Position numbers and translations under genes: made by a program
Part shown: piece by piece, positions 41,845 through 52,183 of the stretch
Layout: the number at the start of each line of letters is the position of its first letter
Position numbering within the stretch: the stretch's first letter is position 1
DNA from: Terriglobia bacterium
Lineage (GTDB): Bacteria; Acidobacteriota; Terriglobia; JAJPHL01; JAPKYU01
Reading direction: 5' to 3'
Assembly: GCA_965206645.1 (NCBI GenBank)
Contig: CBDBKE010000004.1
Span: 736,001 to 800,000, forward strand
DNA: 64,000 nt
Notes under the pieces: generated by a model
Seen by the model: only the letters and a program-made list of their open reading frames with translations
Database searches by the model: none
Told to the model about the DNA's origin: nothing

Positions 41845-42477
41845 ATGCAGGACTCGCTGATCCCGCTATTCCCGCTGGAGGTGGTGTTATTTCCCGGACA
41901 GCCGCTGCCGCTGCATATCTTTGAGGAGCGCTATAAGGTCATGATCCGCGAGTGCCTGGCCGCGAAGGAGCAAGGGGAATTCGGCGTTGTCCTGGCCAAG
42001 CCGAATGGCATTGCCAAGGTGGGCTGCACCGCCGAGGTGGTCGAGCTCGTCCGCTCCTACGCCGACGGCCGCATGGACATCGTCACCGCAGGCAGGCGCC
42101 GCTTCGAGGTGCTGTTCGTAGACCAGAGCAAGGAGTACCTGCGCGGCGCGCCCCAGTTCTTCCAGGATGAAGAAAGTTCGGCGTCCGATGCCCTGCGCGA
42201 CCGCGTACTGGAACTCCACCGGCAGGTGGTTGAATTGCTCCCCGATCGTGAGCAAGAGCATGAAGCGCCGGGCGCCGAGGCGGATCCGGCGCCGCTGTCG
42301 TTTCGCCTGACGGGCACGCTCCCGCTCGAACTGGATTTCAAGCAGTCGTTGCTCGCGCTGCGTTCAGAGACTCAGCGGCTGGAACGAATGGCGCAATACT
42401 TCGAGCGCTTGCCCTCCCAGCTGCGCCGGGCCGGCTGGGTGCGCACGAAGTCTGGGGGCAACGGCCATTGCAGATAG
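41845..42477 (+). CDS. Lon protease N-terminal substrate-binding domain protein
   Basis: PLFPLEVVLFPG.PLPLHIFEERY. Confidence 0.9.
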   Translation: MQDSLIPLFPLEVVLFPGQPLPLHIFEERYKVMIRECLAAKEQGEFGVVLAKPNGIAKVGCTAEVVELVRSYADGRMDIVTAGRRRFEVLFVDQSKEYLRGAPQFFQDEESSASDALRDRVLELHRQVVELLPDREQEHEAPGAEADPAPLSFRLTGTLPLELDFKQSLLALRSETQRLERMAQYFERLPSQLRRAGWVRTKSGGNGHCR

Positions 42478-42613
42478 CTGCACGGCATGGCTTCAGGAAT
42501 CTCTGGAAACGTCGAAGGTATCCTGCTGTTATAATCAACTTTTCGTACAAGAATCGGACTACGGGAAGATTTTTCTTCGCCCGCGCTGGAAGTTTCGGGG
42601 GAGCCATCGCACC

Positions 42614-44083
42614 ATGAACAAACCGACGACTCTGGGGGAACTGCGCCGCAGCGAATACTGGCACACGCAACTGCGCTCCGTGAAGGACGAGATGCGAGAG
42701 AACTTGATCTGCAAGGTCAAGCGCAAGGTTCCGTTGTTTCCCGGCATCATTGGGTATGAAGATTCCGTCCTACCCCGGCTGGCCAACGCCATTCTCTCCC
42801 GGCACAATTTCATCCTGCTCGGCCTGCGTGGACAGGCCAAGAGCCGCCTGCTGCGGGCCTTGACGGGATTACTGGAGGAGGAAATCCCCGTCGTGGCCGG
42901 CTGCGAGATCAATGACAGTCCCTCCCGGCCCATCTGCCGAGCGTGCCGCCAGAAAATTCATGAACTGGGGGACCAGACCCCCCTGACATGGCTGGGCAGC
43001 GAGCAACGGTTCGTGGAGAAGCTGGCGACTCCCGATGTCACCATCGCCGACATGATCGGCGACGTAGACCCCATCAAGGCAGCCCGCGGCGGGCACCAGC
43101 TCTCCGACGAGCTGACCATTCACTACGGCCTGCTCCCCCGCGCCAACCGCTGCATCTTCGCCATCAACGAGCTGCCGGATCTGGCCGGCAAGATCCAGGT
43201 GGGCCTGTTCAACATCATGGAAGAAGGCGACGTCCAGATTAAAGGCTACCCAGTGCGCCTTCCGGTGGACGTGCTGTTGGTGTTTAGCGCCAATCCGGAG
43301 GACTACACGGCACGCGGTAAGATCGTCACCCCGTTGAAAGACCGCATCGGGTCGGAGATCCGCACCCACTACCCGGCCAGTCTGGACCACGGCATGGCTA
43401 TCACCGCCCAGGAGTCCTTCACCGAGCGCGACGGGATGCCCCTGCACGTCCCGCACTATATCCGCGAGATCGTGGAGGAGATCGCTTTCCAGGCACGCGG
43501 TGACAAGAGGATTGATCAGCGTTCCGGGGTATCCCAACGCATACCCATCACCTACCTGGAAAACGTCGTTTCCAACGCCGAGCGGCGCGCCATCCGCAAC
43601 GGCGAAGCCCGCACCTTACCCCGGATCTGCGATATCTATGCCGCCTTGCCCGCCCTCACCGGAAAACTGGAGCTGGAGTATGAGGGCGAACTGAAGGGCG
43701 CCGAGCAAGTGGCGCGCGATCTGATCCGCGCCGCCGTCAGCAAGGTCTACGGGCGCTACTTTGAAGGCGCCGATATGCAACAGATCGTCCAGTGGTTCGA
43801 TTTGGGGGGAACGCTGAAGATTACGGAAACGGCGCCGACAGGCGAGGTCTTGCCGCAGCTCCGTTCCATTCAGGGCCTGCTGGAGCGGGTGGCCGCCCTG
43901 GGCATCCGGCCCAAGAAGGATCCGGCGCTGGCAGTTTCGGCCGCCGAATTCTTGCTGGAAGGCCTCTACGCCCAACGCCGCATCAGCCGCTCAGAAGAGC
44001 GCGGCTACGTGGCAGAGGAAAAGAAGAGGGAAATGCCGACGCGCGAGGATTTCAGCAACCGCTACCGCAAGCCCTATAACTGA
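42614..44083 (+). CDS. Magnesium-chelatase-like AAA+ ATPase
   Basis: GLRGQAKS, INELPDL, SANPEDYT; paired with a VWA gene. Confidence 0.87.
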   Translation: MNKPTTLGELRRSEYWHTQLRSVKDEMRENLICKVKRKVPLFPGIIGYEDSVLPRLANAILSRHNFILLGLRGQAKSRLLRALTGLLEEEIPVVAGCEINDSPSRPICRACRQKIHELGDQTPLTWLGSEQRFVEKLATPDVTIADMIGDVDPIKAARGGHQLSDELTIHYGLLPRANRCIFAINELPDLAGKIQVGLFNIMEEGDVQIKGYPVRLPVDVLLVFSANPEDYTARGKIVTPLKDRIGSEIRTHYPASLDHGMAITAQESFTERDGMPLHVPHYIREIVEEIAFQARGDKRIDQRSGVSQRIPITYLENVVSNAERRAIRNGEARTLPRICDIYAALPALTGKLELEYEGELKGAEQVARDLIRAAVSKVYGRYFEGADMQQIVQWFDLGGTLKITETAPTGEVLPQLRSIQGLLERVAALGIRPKKDPALAVSAAEFLLEGLYAQRRISRSEERGYVAEEKKREMPTREDFSNRYRKPYN

Positions 44084-44142
44084 ATTGCGAATTTAGGGAT
44101 TTGCCCGGGGATTCTTTAGCCGACGCAGATTTCTAGCAGCCT

Positions 44143-45414
44143 ATGAAATTTATCAAGTACTCGAAATTTACCGGGGAGGAACTGGAGGGCATTGACCTCG
44201 ACAGCCTGATGAAGGCGCTGGCGGGCTTCCTGCTGCAAAGCGGCTTCCAGATGCAGAATTACTACCCCTTCGAGAACGACTCCGAGCGCTCGATGGATCA
44301 GCTCAAGGAGGCCATCCGGGAAGCGCTCGAGAGCGGCGGCGCCTTCTCCGACGACCAGCTCCAGGAGTGGATGGAGCGGCTGGAGAACATGACGCCGGAA
44401 CAGATGCAGCAGTTGGTGGAGCAACTTGCCGAGCGTCTCCAGCAGGAAGGCTACATCACCGTCAGTGAGCCTTTCGACCCCGAGCAATCCCCCAATCAAT
44501 CTCCCACACAGATGTCCAACGCCGCTGGCCACATGGACTCGCGGTCCCAGGTCAAGTTCGAACTGACCGACAAGAGCCTGGACTTCCTCGGCTACCGCAC
44601 CCTGAAAGACCTGCTCGCCTCGCTGGGCAAATCCAGCTTCGGCCGCCACGACACGCGCGATCTGGCTACCGGAATCGAAGCCTGCGGGGCCTCGAAACTC
44701 TATGAGTTTGGCGACACGATGAATCTGGACATCAGCGGAACCCTGTTCAGCGCCATGAAGCGCGCGGGGATGAAGCTGCCGTTGGACCTGGATTACCCGG
44801 ACCTGCAGGTCCAGCAGGCCGAGTACCAGTCCTCTTGCGCCACCGTTCTGATGCTGGACTGCAGCCACAGCATGATCCTCTACGGCGAGGACCGCTTCAC
44901 TCCTGCCAAGCAGGTGGCCCTGGCGCTGGCGCACCTGATTCACATGCAATATGCCGGCGACAGTCTGCAGTTAGTGCTGTTCCACGACTCGGCCGAGGAG
45001 GTGCCTCTGACGCAACTGGCCCGCGTGCAGGTGGGACCCCATTACACCAACACCCGCGAGGGCCTGCGCCTGTCCCAGCGCCTGCTGGCCCGCCAGGGCA
45101 AGGACATGCGCCAAATCATCATGATCACCGACGGCAAGCCGTCGGCGCTGACATTGGAAGACGGGCGCATCTACAAGAATGCCTTTGGTCTGGACCCCCT
45201 GGTGGTCAGCGAAACATTGAAAGAAGTGGCCAAGTGCCGGCGTAGTGGAATCCTGATCAACACCTTCATGCTGGCCAGCGACTACGGCCTGGTTAATTTC
45301 GTGCGGAAGGTTACCGAAATCTGCCGCGGCAAAGCCTACTTCACCACCCCCTTCAACCTGGGCCAGTACCTGCTGATGGATTACATGTCGCGCAAGACCC
45401 GCACCGTCCACTGA
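44143..45414 (+). CDS. VWA-domain protein
   Basis: MIDAS DCSHSM, YTNT, ITDGKP. Confidence 0.88.
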   Translation: MKFIKYSKFTGEELEGIDLDSLMKALAGFLLQSGFQMQNYYPFENDSERSMDQLKEAIREALESGGAFSDDQLQEWMERLENMTPEQMQQLVEQLAERLQQEGYITVSEPFDPEQSPNQSPTQMSNAAGHMDSRSQVKFELTDKSLDFLGYRTLKDLLASLGKSSFGRHDTRDLATGIEACGASKLYEFGDTMNLDISGTLFSAMKRAGMKLPLDLDYPDLQVQQAEYQSSCATVLMLDCSHSMILYGEDRFTPAKQVALALAHLIHMQYAGDSLQLVLFHDSAEEVPLTQLARVQVGPHYTNTREGLRLSQRLLARQGKDMRQIIMITDGKPSALTLEDGRIYKNAFGLDPLVVSETLKEVAKCRRSGILINTFMLASDYGLVNFVRKVTEICRGKAYFTTPFNLGQYLLMDYMSRKTRTVH

Positions 45415-45470
45415 GTGTATAAGAGCTGAGAGGGTGGTTGGAACCTACGCTTGATGCCAAAGGAGGAGCT

Positions 45471-45902
45471 GTGACAATCAGCAAAGACGCAAAAGAGTTG
45501 GAGATGCCGTGGGAGAAGGGGTGCGGCTACTCGCAGGCTGTGAAAGTTGGGGACACCATCTATGTATCCGGGCAGCTGAGCCACGACGACAAGGGGAATA
45601 TGGTCGGCCCTGCGCCGCTTGACGACAAAGGAAATATCACCGACTACGGGAACATGGAGATCCAGATGCGCCAAATCTACGTCAACGCCAAGAAGGTGCT
45701 CGCGCAGTATGGCGCAACGCTGGACAATGCGGTCGATGAAGTCGTGTACGTGAGGGACATGGATGCTGCTTTCGCCGTAGTGGGAGAGGTTCGGGCGGAA
45801 GCTTATTCCGGCACGCCAGTCGTGGCGAGCACCATACTGGTGACTCCGCGTCTCGCGTTTCCGAACCAACTGATCGAGATCAAGTTGATCGCCAAAGTGT
45901 AA
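45471..45902 (+). CDS. RidA/YjgF family protein
   Basis: AGGAGG RBS; GYSQAVKVGDTIYVSGQ, LIEI. Confidence 0.88.
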   Translation: MTISKDAKELEMPWEKGCGYSQAVKVGDTIYVSGQLSHDDKGNMVGPAPLDDKGNITDYGNMEIQMRQIYVNAKKVLAQYGATLDNAVDEVVYVRDMDAAFAVVGEVRAEAYSGTPVVASTILVTPRLAFPNQLIEIKLIAKV

Positions 45903-45988
45903 GCCAAACTGTAAGACAGTAGCTTCGAGGAAGACAGCAGTGGAGCAGTAGTCGCGGTCGAGGATAGCTACCGCCGACTGGTCACTGC

Positions 45989-46783
45989 TTAGCGCTTGCG
46001 ACGGCGCGGTTCGGTGCGCTCCGGGCCAGGCGGGCGCTGGAACAGCGAGTCTGGTGGCTCCGTATTGTAGGCGGCGGAGGTGAGGAAGACTTCGAAGATT
46101 TTCTGCCCGTTACGCTCGCGGAGCCGGTAGTAGGGAGTGAAAATTCCGCTTACATTTCGGTACTTGCCCAGCACTTCCACTTCGATCTCCCGCACTCGGG
46201 TCCGGGGATTACGACGCGACCACTGGCGCCGCACCGGCAGTTTGCTGGCGCGCTCGACCGCAATGGTCACAGCGCGATTCTCGGCGTCCACCACCTCCAC
46301 CAGGTCCACCGGGCGCCGCGCGATCATGCCCCCGCCCGCGTAGCGCACCAGTAATCCCGGCTCCTTCATCCGGGAGCGCAGGATATGCTCCACGCTGAGC
46401 AGATTGTTCTCCCGGATTCGCTGCATCTCTTCGGGGGGATACTCCCGCACGCCGCGAAAGTTCTTGTCCCAGCCCTTGTCGCCATTGAAGACCACGATGC
46501 GGTCCTTGTCCTTACCCAATTCCTGGCGTTCCTTGTCGGGGAACTTTTCGTAGACGACGAAGCGCGCCAGCCCGGAAAGCCGTTCATCGCGTCCGAACTG
46601 GAAGGCGCGGCCCTCGGCGCGTAAATCCCGGGCGTCAAGGAAGGCTGCTCCGCCCAGTTTCTCAATGGTCGCCTCTAAGATCGCCCGCCCCTTGTCCGCC
46701 GGGCTGGTTTCTTGCGCGGGTAGCGCCCTGGGATGTAGGAGTAGAATCAGAAAAGAAGCGATCAAAAGCCGCAAGCGATTCAT
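45989..46783 (-). CDS. Secreted hypothetical protein (LolA-like fold possible)
   Basis: Signal peptide; EKLGG...FNGDKGW...DSLF. Confidence 0.7.
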   Translation of the reverse strand: MNRLRLLIASFLILLLHPRALPAQETSPADKGRAILEATIEKLGGAAFLDARDLRAEGRAFQFGRDERLSGLARFVVYEKFPDKERQELGKDKDRIVVFNGDKGWDKNFRGVREYPPEEMQRIRENNLLSVEHILRSRMKEPGLLVRYAGGGMIARRPVDLVEVVDAENRAVTIAVERASKLPVRRQWSRRNPRTRVREIEVEVLGKYRNVSGIFTPYYRLRERNGQKIFEVFLTSAAYNTEPPDSLFQRPPGPERTEPRRRKR

Positions 46784-46862
46784 CTTAACTCACCGATTGG
46801 CTCACTGAAATCCCAAGGTCCGAATCCCTTCCCCTGCCCGCCTGCTGCCTACGGCCTGCCGT

Positions 46863-47558
46863 CTACTGTCCCACTGCGCGGCGGACCAGTTCCTCAAACA
46901 AGGCGCGGGAAATCGGACTCTTCTGCCAGATGCGCTCCGGGTGCCACTGCACACCCAGCAAGAAGCGGTCAGGCTCGGTCGTCTCCACCGCCTCGATGAC
47001 GCCGTCGGGTGTACGCGCCGTGATTCGCAGCGCTGCCGACACGCGCTCCAGGGCCTGGTGGTGGCTGGTATTGACCTCATGGTCGCCAGCCCCGCCCAGC
47101 CGCGCCAGCAACGACCCAGCCTCGACCCGCACAGTGTGGGGCACCTTGCGGTCACTGTGCGCAATGTCGGTTTCCAGATGCTGCACCAGGCTGCCGCCCA
47201 TCGCCACGTTCAGCATCTGGGTACCGAAGCAGATGCCCAGCAGCGGTTTGTGCCGTTCCAATGCTTGGTGGATTAGCGCCGCGTCCAGCTGGTCCCGCTC
47301 GCGGTGCACCGGGCCCAGCTTGGGATGCGGGCTGGCGCCGTAGAGCTCGGGGTCCACATCGCTGCGACTGCCGGGCAGCACGATAGCGTCAAGCCGCTCC
47401 ACGAGCGCCAGCGCATATTCCGGCTCGGCCAGTAGTGGCAGCATGACCGGGACGCCACCGGCGGCCAGCACCGCTTCGCTGTACTCGCGCTGCAAATAGA
47501 ACCAGTCGCCTTCGGCCTTCTTCTCCAGCCGGCAACTGATGCCAATCAATGGTCGCAC
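46863..47558 (-). CDS. Peptidase C26 / class I glutamine amidotransferase
   Basis: GICFGTQMLNVAMGG, HHQA, GVQWHPE. Confidence 0.92.
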   Translation of the reverse strand: MRPLIGISCRLEKKAEGDWFYLQREYSEAVLAAGGVPVMLPLLAEPEYALALVERLDAIVLPGSRSDVDPELYGASPHPKLGPVHRERDQLDAALIHQALERHKPLLGICFGTQMLNVAMGGSLVQHLETDIAHSDRKVPHTVRVEAGSLLARLGGAGDHEVNTSHHQALERVSAALRITARTPDGVIEAVETTEPDRFLLGVQWHPERIWQKSPISRALFEELVRRAVGQ

Positions 47559-47597
47559 CGCCCCTCCGGAAAGCCAACGGCGATTAGCCGTGACCTC

Positions 47598-48389
47598 TCA
47601 GCCCTCGGCTTCTCCTGCGCTCACTACGGATAAGCCGTGTCCCGCTTCATCTGCTCCCTCCCCAGGCAGAGAGCGCGCAATTTGCTCGCGAACTTCGGTT
47701 GCCAGTCGGTCTGCATCCTTGCGCGTCGTGCCGGCGGTCGGGATGGGCTGCTTCACCACCACTTCGACCTGGCCTGGCCGAATGTTGATGGAACCGATTG
47801 GCAACACCTCACGTGTTCCTAAAATCACTACCGGCACCACCGGGACGCCTGCCTTGATGGCCAGCAGGAACGGCCCAGCCCGGAACGGCCGCAAGCGCAA
47901 GTCGCGACTGCGTCCACCCTCGGGGAAAAAGAACAGCGAGGAGCCGGTGCGGAGTTTCTGCGCTGCCTGCTCGAAACTGCGTCGGGCTGCGCGGGGATTC
48001 TCATAATCCACTGGCAAGTGTCCCGAACGGCGGAGGTGCCAACCCATAAACGGAATCCGAAACAGGCTTTTCTTGGCCAGGATGGTGAACTGCACCGGCA
48101 GTTTTCCGAAAATCACCGGGGTATCAATCAAGCTCATGTGGTTGGCGCAAAAGATGTAGGCGTGGCCCGGCTCAACGTTCTCCCAGCCCCGCACGCGGAC
48201 CCTAACACGGCCGGTGGCCAGGATCATGCGCGACCAGATCTGCGCGCAACGGTGCTGAAAGGCTCCCCGCGGGTCCACCAGGGAACTGGCCACCGAGATC
48301 GTTCCCATGACGATGGTATAGAGGCAAATCAGCGGGTTGGTGACGAGCACCGAACGCAACCACCCCAGGGCGTTGCGAGCCGCACTCAT
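47598..48389 (-). CDS. plsC: 1-acyl-sn-glycerol-3-phosphate acyltransferase
   Basis: NHMSLID, FFPEGGRS. Confidence 0.88.
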   Translation of the reverse strand: MSAARNALGWLRSVLVTNPLICLYTIVMGTISVASSLVDPRGAFQHRCAQIWSRMILATGRVRVRVRGWENVEPGHAYIFCANHMSLIDTPVIFGKLPVQFTILAKKSLFRIPFMGWHLRRSGHLPVDYENPRAARRSFEQAAQKLRTGSSLFFFPEGGRSRDLRLRPFRAGPFLLAIKAGVPVVPVVILGTREVLPIGSINIRPGQVEVVVKQPIPTAGTTRKDADRLATEVREQIARSLPGEGADEAGHGLSVVSAGEAEG

Positions 48390-49663
48390 GGGCCGCGTCC
48401 CAGCACGAGCTGGCGGATTTCTCCCACCAGGTAGAGTGAGCCGGTGACTACTACGACACCGTCTGGCCCCGCCAGCTCGCGCGCCAGTTCCAGCGCCTTG
48501 CCTGGCTCCTCGCGCTCGAGCACGCACGCGTTTAGGTGGCTGGTCAGCTCTGCAATGCCTTGCGGTGTGGCTGCGCGCCTCTGCTGCGGTCGGGTGAGGA
48601 CGACTCCGGCCGCCAGCGGAAAAAGCAGGTCAGCGATCTCCGCCACAGCCTTGTCCCGCATGCTGCCAAACACCAGCACCAGCCGCCGAGCGGTTGCTCC
48701 CGGGTCAGAGGCGAACAGCGACTCGCGAAGGTAGGCACCGAGGGCGCGGGCAGCGGCCGGGTTGTGGGCGCCGTCCAGTAACAGCGCCGGCCTGCCCTGT
48801 ATCCATTCCAACCGCCCCGGCCAGCGCACTGTGGCCAGACCCTCGGCCAGCGCCGCGAGCGAAACCTCGACACCGAGGCGGCGCAATTCTTCGATCGCGG
48901 TCGTCACCACGGCGGCGTTGGCCGCCTGGTGGCGGCCAGGCAGGGCCAGCCGCAACTGCCCATTCAGCCGGAGCAGGTTGTTCTGCTGAGCGTAGACCAG
49001 GCGTGCACCGCGCTCCCGCGCGACTCGTTCCAGCACCGCCGCCGCCTCCGGATGTTGCACCGCGCTCACCACCACGCCACCTTCCTTGATAATGCCGGCC
49101 TTCTCGAACGCGATCTGCTCCAGGGTGTGGCCCAGGTAAGGTTCGTGGTCGAACTCCACCGGCATGATGATGGAGAGCAGCGGAGTGAGCGCGCTGGTGG
49201 CATCCAGCCGGCCGCCCATGCCCACTTCGACTGCGGCAATCTCGCAGCGGGCTCGACGAAAGTGTTCGAACGCGATTGCTGTGAGGGACTCGAAGAAACT
49301 GGGATGCGCCGGCAGCTCGTGGCGCGCGAGCAGACGCTCCACAGCAGCCACCACGTCGGCTGAGACGGCAGCGAAATCGAGGTCGGCAATCTCCTCGCCC
49401 GCAACTTGAATGCGCTCGTTGACGCGTACCAGGTGCGGCGAGGTGTACAGGCCCGTGCGGTAGCCGGCCGAGCGCAGCACCGCCTCCAGCATCGCCGCCG
49501 CTGACCCTTTGCCATTGGTGCCGGCGATTTGCACCGCCCTCCAGGCTTGCTCGGGATGGCCGAGTTCCTCCAACAGGCGGCGAATGTTGGCCAGATCGAA
49601 CTTGACCCCGTGCAGCTCCTGGCCCACTGAAAGCAAGTAGGAAACGGCAGCCCCGTAGGTCAT
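48386..49663 (-). CDS. folC: Folylpolyglutamate/dihydrofolate synthase
   Basis: AGTNGKGS, YTSPHL, EVGMGGRLDAT, DGAHNP. Confidence 0.95.
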   Translation of the reverse strand: MTYGAAVSYLLSVGQELHGVKFDLANIRRLLEELGHPEQAWRAVQIAGTNGKGSAAAMLEAVLRSAGYRTGLYTSPHLVRVNERIQVAGEEIADLDFAAVSADVVAAVERLLARHELPAHPSFFESLTAIAFEHFRRARCEIAAVEVGMGGRLDATSALTPLLSIIMPVEFDHEPYLGHTLEQIAFEKAGIIKEGGVVVSAVQHPEAAAVLERVARERGARLVYAQQNNLLRLNGQLRLALPGRHQAANAAVVTTAIEELRRLGVEVSLAALAEGLATVRWPGRLEWIQGRPALLLDGAHNPAAARALGAYLRESLFASDPGATARRLVLVFGSMRDKAVAEIADLLFPLAAGVVLTRPQQRRAATPQGIAELTSHLNACVLEREEPGKALELARELAGPDGVVVVTGSLYLVGEIRQLVLGRGP

Positions 49664-49672
49664 GGCGGCATC

Positions 49673-50572
49673 TTATCCGGAGATGGCAGGTCCGGAACTG
49701 GCAGGTCCGCTCGGGCCGCTGCTGGTGGAACCGGACGGAAGGCAAAACTCCAGGGCCCGCGCAATGTAGTGTTTCAGGTCCCTGCGGTGCACGACCGCAT
49801 CCAGCATGCCGTGCTCCAGCAGGAATTCGCTGCGCTGGAAACCTTCGGGCAACTTCTGGCGAATTGTCTGCTCAATCACGCGAGGCCCGGCAAAGCCGAT
49901 CAAGGCGCCGGGCTCAGCGATGTTCAGGTCGCCCAGCATGGCGAAACTGGCGGTGACGCCGCCGGTGGTGGGGTCGGTGAGCACGCTGATGTAGGGGATA
50001 CGCTCCTCATCGAGGCGGACCAGGACGGCGCTGATCTTGGCCATCTGCATCAGACTCACCACCCCTTCCATCATGCGCGCGCCCCCGGAGGCCGAGACGA
50101 TGATCAGCGGCAGGCGGCTGGCCAGGCTGCGCTCGACGGCGCGAGCAATTTTTTCACCGACCACTGCCCCCATGCTTCCTCCGATGAAACTATATTCCAT
50201 CGAGCAAAGCACCACCCGGCGGTTTTCTAGCGCGCCCTCGGCGGTGATCATGGCGTCCTTGAGCTGGGTTTGTTTCTGCATCTGGGCCAGGCGGTTCCGG
50301 TAGCTTTTCAGGTCCACGAACTTGAGTGGGTCAGTGGAGGCCAGGTTGGCATCGTGCTCCGCCCAATCGCCGTCCAGCAGCAGACGGAGGCGCGTCCTGG
50401 CGTCAACACGAAAATGGAACTCGCAGCGGGGGCAGACATTCCAACCGGCTTCCAGGTCTTTCTTCCAGATAATCTGTCGGCAGTTGCTGCACTTGGTCCA
50501 CAACCCCTCGGTGCGGACGTGCTTCTCGTCCGACGCTTCCAGAGGCTTCTTTTCTCTCTTGAACCAAGCCAT
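49673..50572 (-). CDS. accD: Acetyl-CoA carboxylase carboxyltransferase beta
   Basis: Zn finger CSNC/CPRC, GGSMG, SGGARM, PTTGGVTASFA. Confidence 0.97.
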   Translation of the reverse strand: MAWFKREKKPLEASDEKHVRTEGLWTKCSNCRQIIWKKDLEAGWNVCPRCEFHFRVDARTRLRLLLDGDWAEHDANLASTDPLKFVDLKSYRNRLAQMQKQTQLKDAMITAEGALENRRVVLCSMEYSFIGGSMGAVVGEKIARAVERSLASRLPLIIVSASGGARMMEGVVSLMQMAKISAVLVRLDEERIPYISVLTDPTTGGVTASFAMLGDLNIAEPGALIGFAGPRVIEQTIRQKLPEGFQRSEFLLEHGMLDAVVHRRDLKHYIARALEFCLPSGSTSSGPSGPASSGPAISG

Positions 50573-50619
50573 GCAGTTTTCCGGGCTTGCAGCGGCGCTT
50601 CCTCGTCGACAATCCCTCG

Positions 50620-51150
50620 TTAATAATCAATGCCGCGTTGCGCCAGGATGCCTTTCTGGAACGGGTGCTTGACCTCTTTCATTTCCGTGACCAGGTCAGC
50701 GACCTCGACCAGGCTGGGGTGGGCGTTACGCCCGGTCAGGATGACGTGGACGTCCTCGGGCCGTTGCGCCAGCGCTTCAGCTACTCTTTCGGCAGCGAGC
50801 ATGCCATAGTGAATAGCGTAGTTGATCTCGTCGAAAATCACCAACTGGTACTCACCCGAAAAGACCTTTTGCCTGCCAAGTTCCCAGGCTTTTTCCACCA
50901 GCTCCACATCTGCCGGGTCCGGCTTCTCCGTACCCACCTTGACGAAACCGCGCCCCATGGGCAGCAGCCGGAAGCGCTCTTCGCCCAGCAGCTCGGCTGT
51001 GTCCAGCTCGCCGTAGTGCCAGGACCCTTTCAGGAACTGCACCATCAGCACCTTCAGTCCCTGGCCGATGGCGCGCAAGGCAGTGCCCAGCGCGGCGCTG
51101 GTCTTGCCCTTTCCGTTGCCGGTGTAAATGATCAGCAGCCCCATATCCAA
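50620..51150 (-). CDS. cobO: Cob(I)alamin adenosyltransferase
   Basis: YTGNGKGKT, QFLKG, DEI, LTGR, KHPF. Confidence 0.92.
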   Translation of the reverse strand: MDMGLLIIYTGNGKGKTSAALGTALRAIGQGLKVLMVQFLKGSWHYGELDTAELLGEERFRLLPMGRGFVKVGTEKPDPADVELVEKAWELGRQKVFSGEYQLVIFDEINYAIHYGMLAAERVAEALAQRPEDVHVILTGRNAHPSLVEVADLVTEMKEVKHPFQKGILAQRGIDY

Positions 51151-51173
51151 GAAAACATTCTAGCGGAGGACCG

Positions 51174-51596
51174 TCATCGGGGATAGGGGTGATTGTGGAG
51201 CGTGGCAAAAGCGCGGTAGATCTGCTCCAGCAGGACCACGCGGGCCAACTCGTGGGGCAGGGTGAGGGGGGAAAGCGACAGTAATTCGCACTCGGCGCGC
51301 AGGGCCGGTGGTAGGCCGTCGGCGCCTCCCACCAGGATCACCAACTCGCGCGTGCCGCCGTTGCGTAACCGCTCCAGCCAGCGCGTGAAAGCGGCTGAGT
51401 CCATTCGCCGGCCCGCAGCATCCAAGGCAACCAGCGTGGCCCGCGAGAATTTTTGGTGCACCCGGGCCAAGTCGGCTTCGCGCAGTTCCCGCTGCTCGAA
51501 ATCGCAGAAATGCCCCAGGCGCCGCGCATACTCAGCCGCCGCCTCATTCAGCGCACGGTTGCGCGACCGGCCCACATAAGCAATGCGAATTTTCAT
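51174..51596 (-). CDS. rlmH: 23S rRNA m3Psi1915 methyltransferase
   Basis: GGADG, SLSPLTLPH, LLEQIYRA, HPY. Confidence 0.93.
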   Translation of the reverse strand: MKIRIAYVGRSRNRALNEAAAEYARRLGHFCDFEQRELREADLARVHQKFSRATLVALDAAGRRMDSAAFTRWLERLRNGGTRELVILVGGADGLPPALRAECELLSLSPLTLPHELARVVLLEQIYRAFATLHNHPYPR

Positions 51597-51730
51597 GCCA
51601 GAACTTGGCAGTCAAGACTCTGCATTCGGGCCAAAGCAACCGCCGGCAGAGCAAAGCAACCACCGGAAACTCGCGGCTCGTCACTGCAAGGATGAACCCG
51701 CCGGATAGGTCCAGCCGCCCCAGCGCGATC

Positions 51731-52045
51731 TCACGTTGACCTGCCACGCCTTCTCTTCAACAGTTTCCACACAGCTCGTGCGCCTATGCCCAATCCTGCA
51801 TAGAATAGGAAGTTGATCGGAGTAGAGACAGCTAACATTGCGGCAAGCGGTCCGCCTCCATGTGCAGTTCCGAGCAAGGTGCCCAACAGCACCACCGCGA
51901 TCAGAATTCCCGGGAAACCGAGGAGGGCAATCTGACTGCAAAACGAGTAGCTCCAAGATGGGCCCAACCACATGCACGCGTAAGCCCCTGAGGTAATGCA
52001 ACTGAGCAGCACCGCAACTAAGAGAATCTTCTTATTGGACAGCAT
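51731..52045 (-). CDS. Small orphan membrane protein, visibly more AT-rich
   Basis: 104 aa, about three hydrophobic segments, basic C-terminus. Confidence 0.6.
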   Translation of the reverse strand: MLSNKKILLVAVLLSCITSGAYACMWLGPSWSYSFCSQIALLGFPGILIAVVLLGTLLGTAHGGGPLAAMLAVSTPINFLFYAGLGIGARAVWKLLKRRRGRST

Positions 52046-52183
52046 CTTTTTACCCCATGCCCGCAGCCCCCACGAGTTATTTCAGCTTCATTGCCCGCAT
52101 GGATTCGGACCCACGTAACGACCTGGATCCATTGCGCCCTTCGGGGATTGCGTTATGTCCCTCAAGAATTGATCCGAAAATGC

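Noticed and set aside
52113-52158. attC-like ACGTAAC...GTTATGT
   Set aside because: Only 46 bp, poor internal pairing, single copy.
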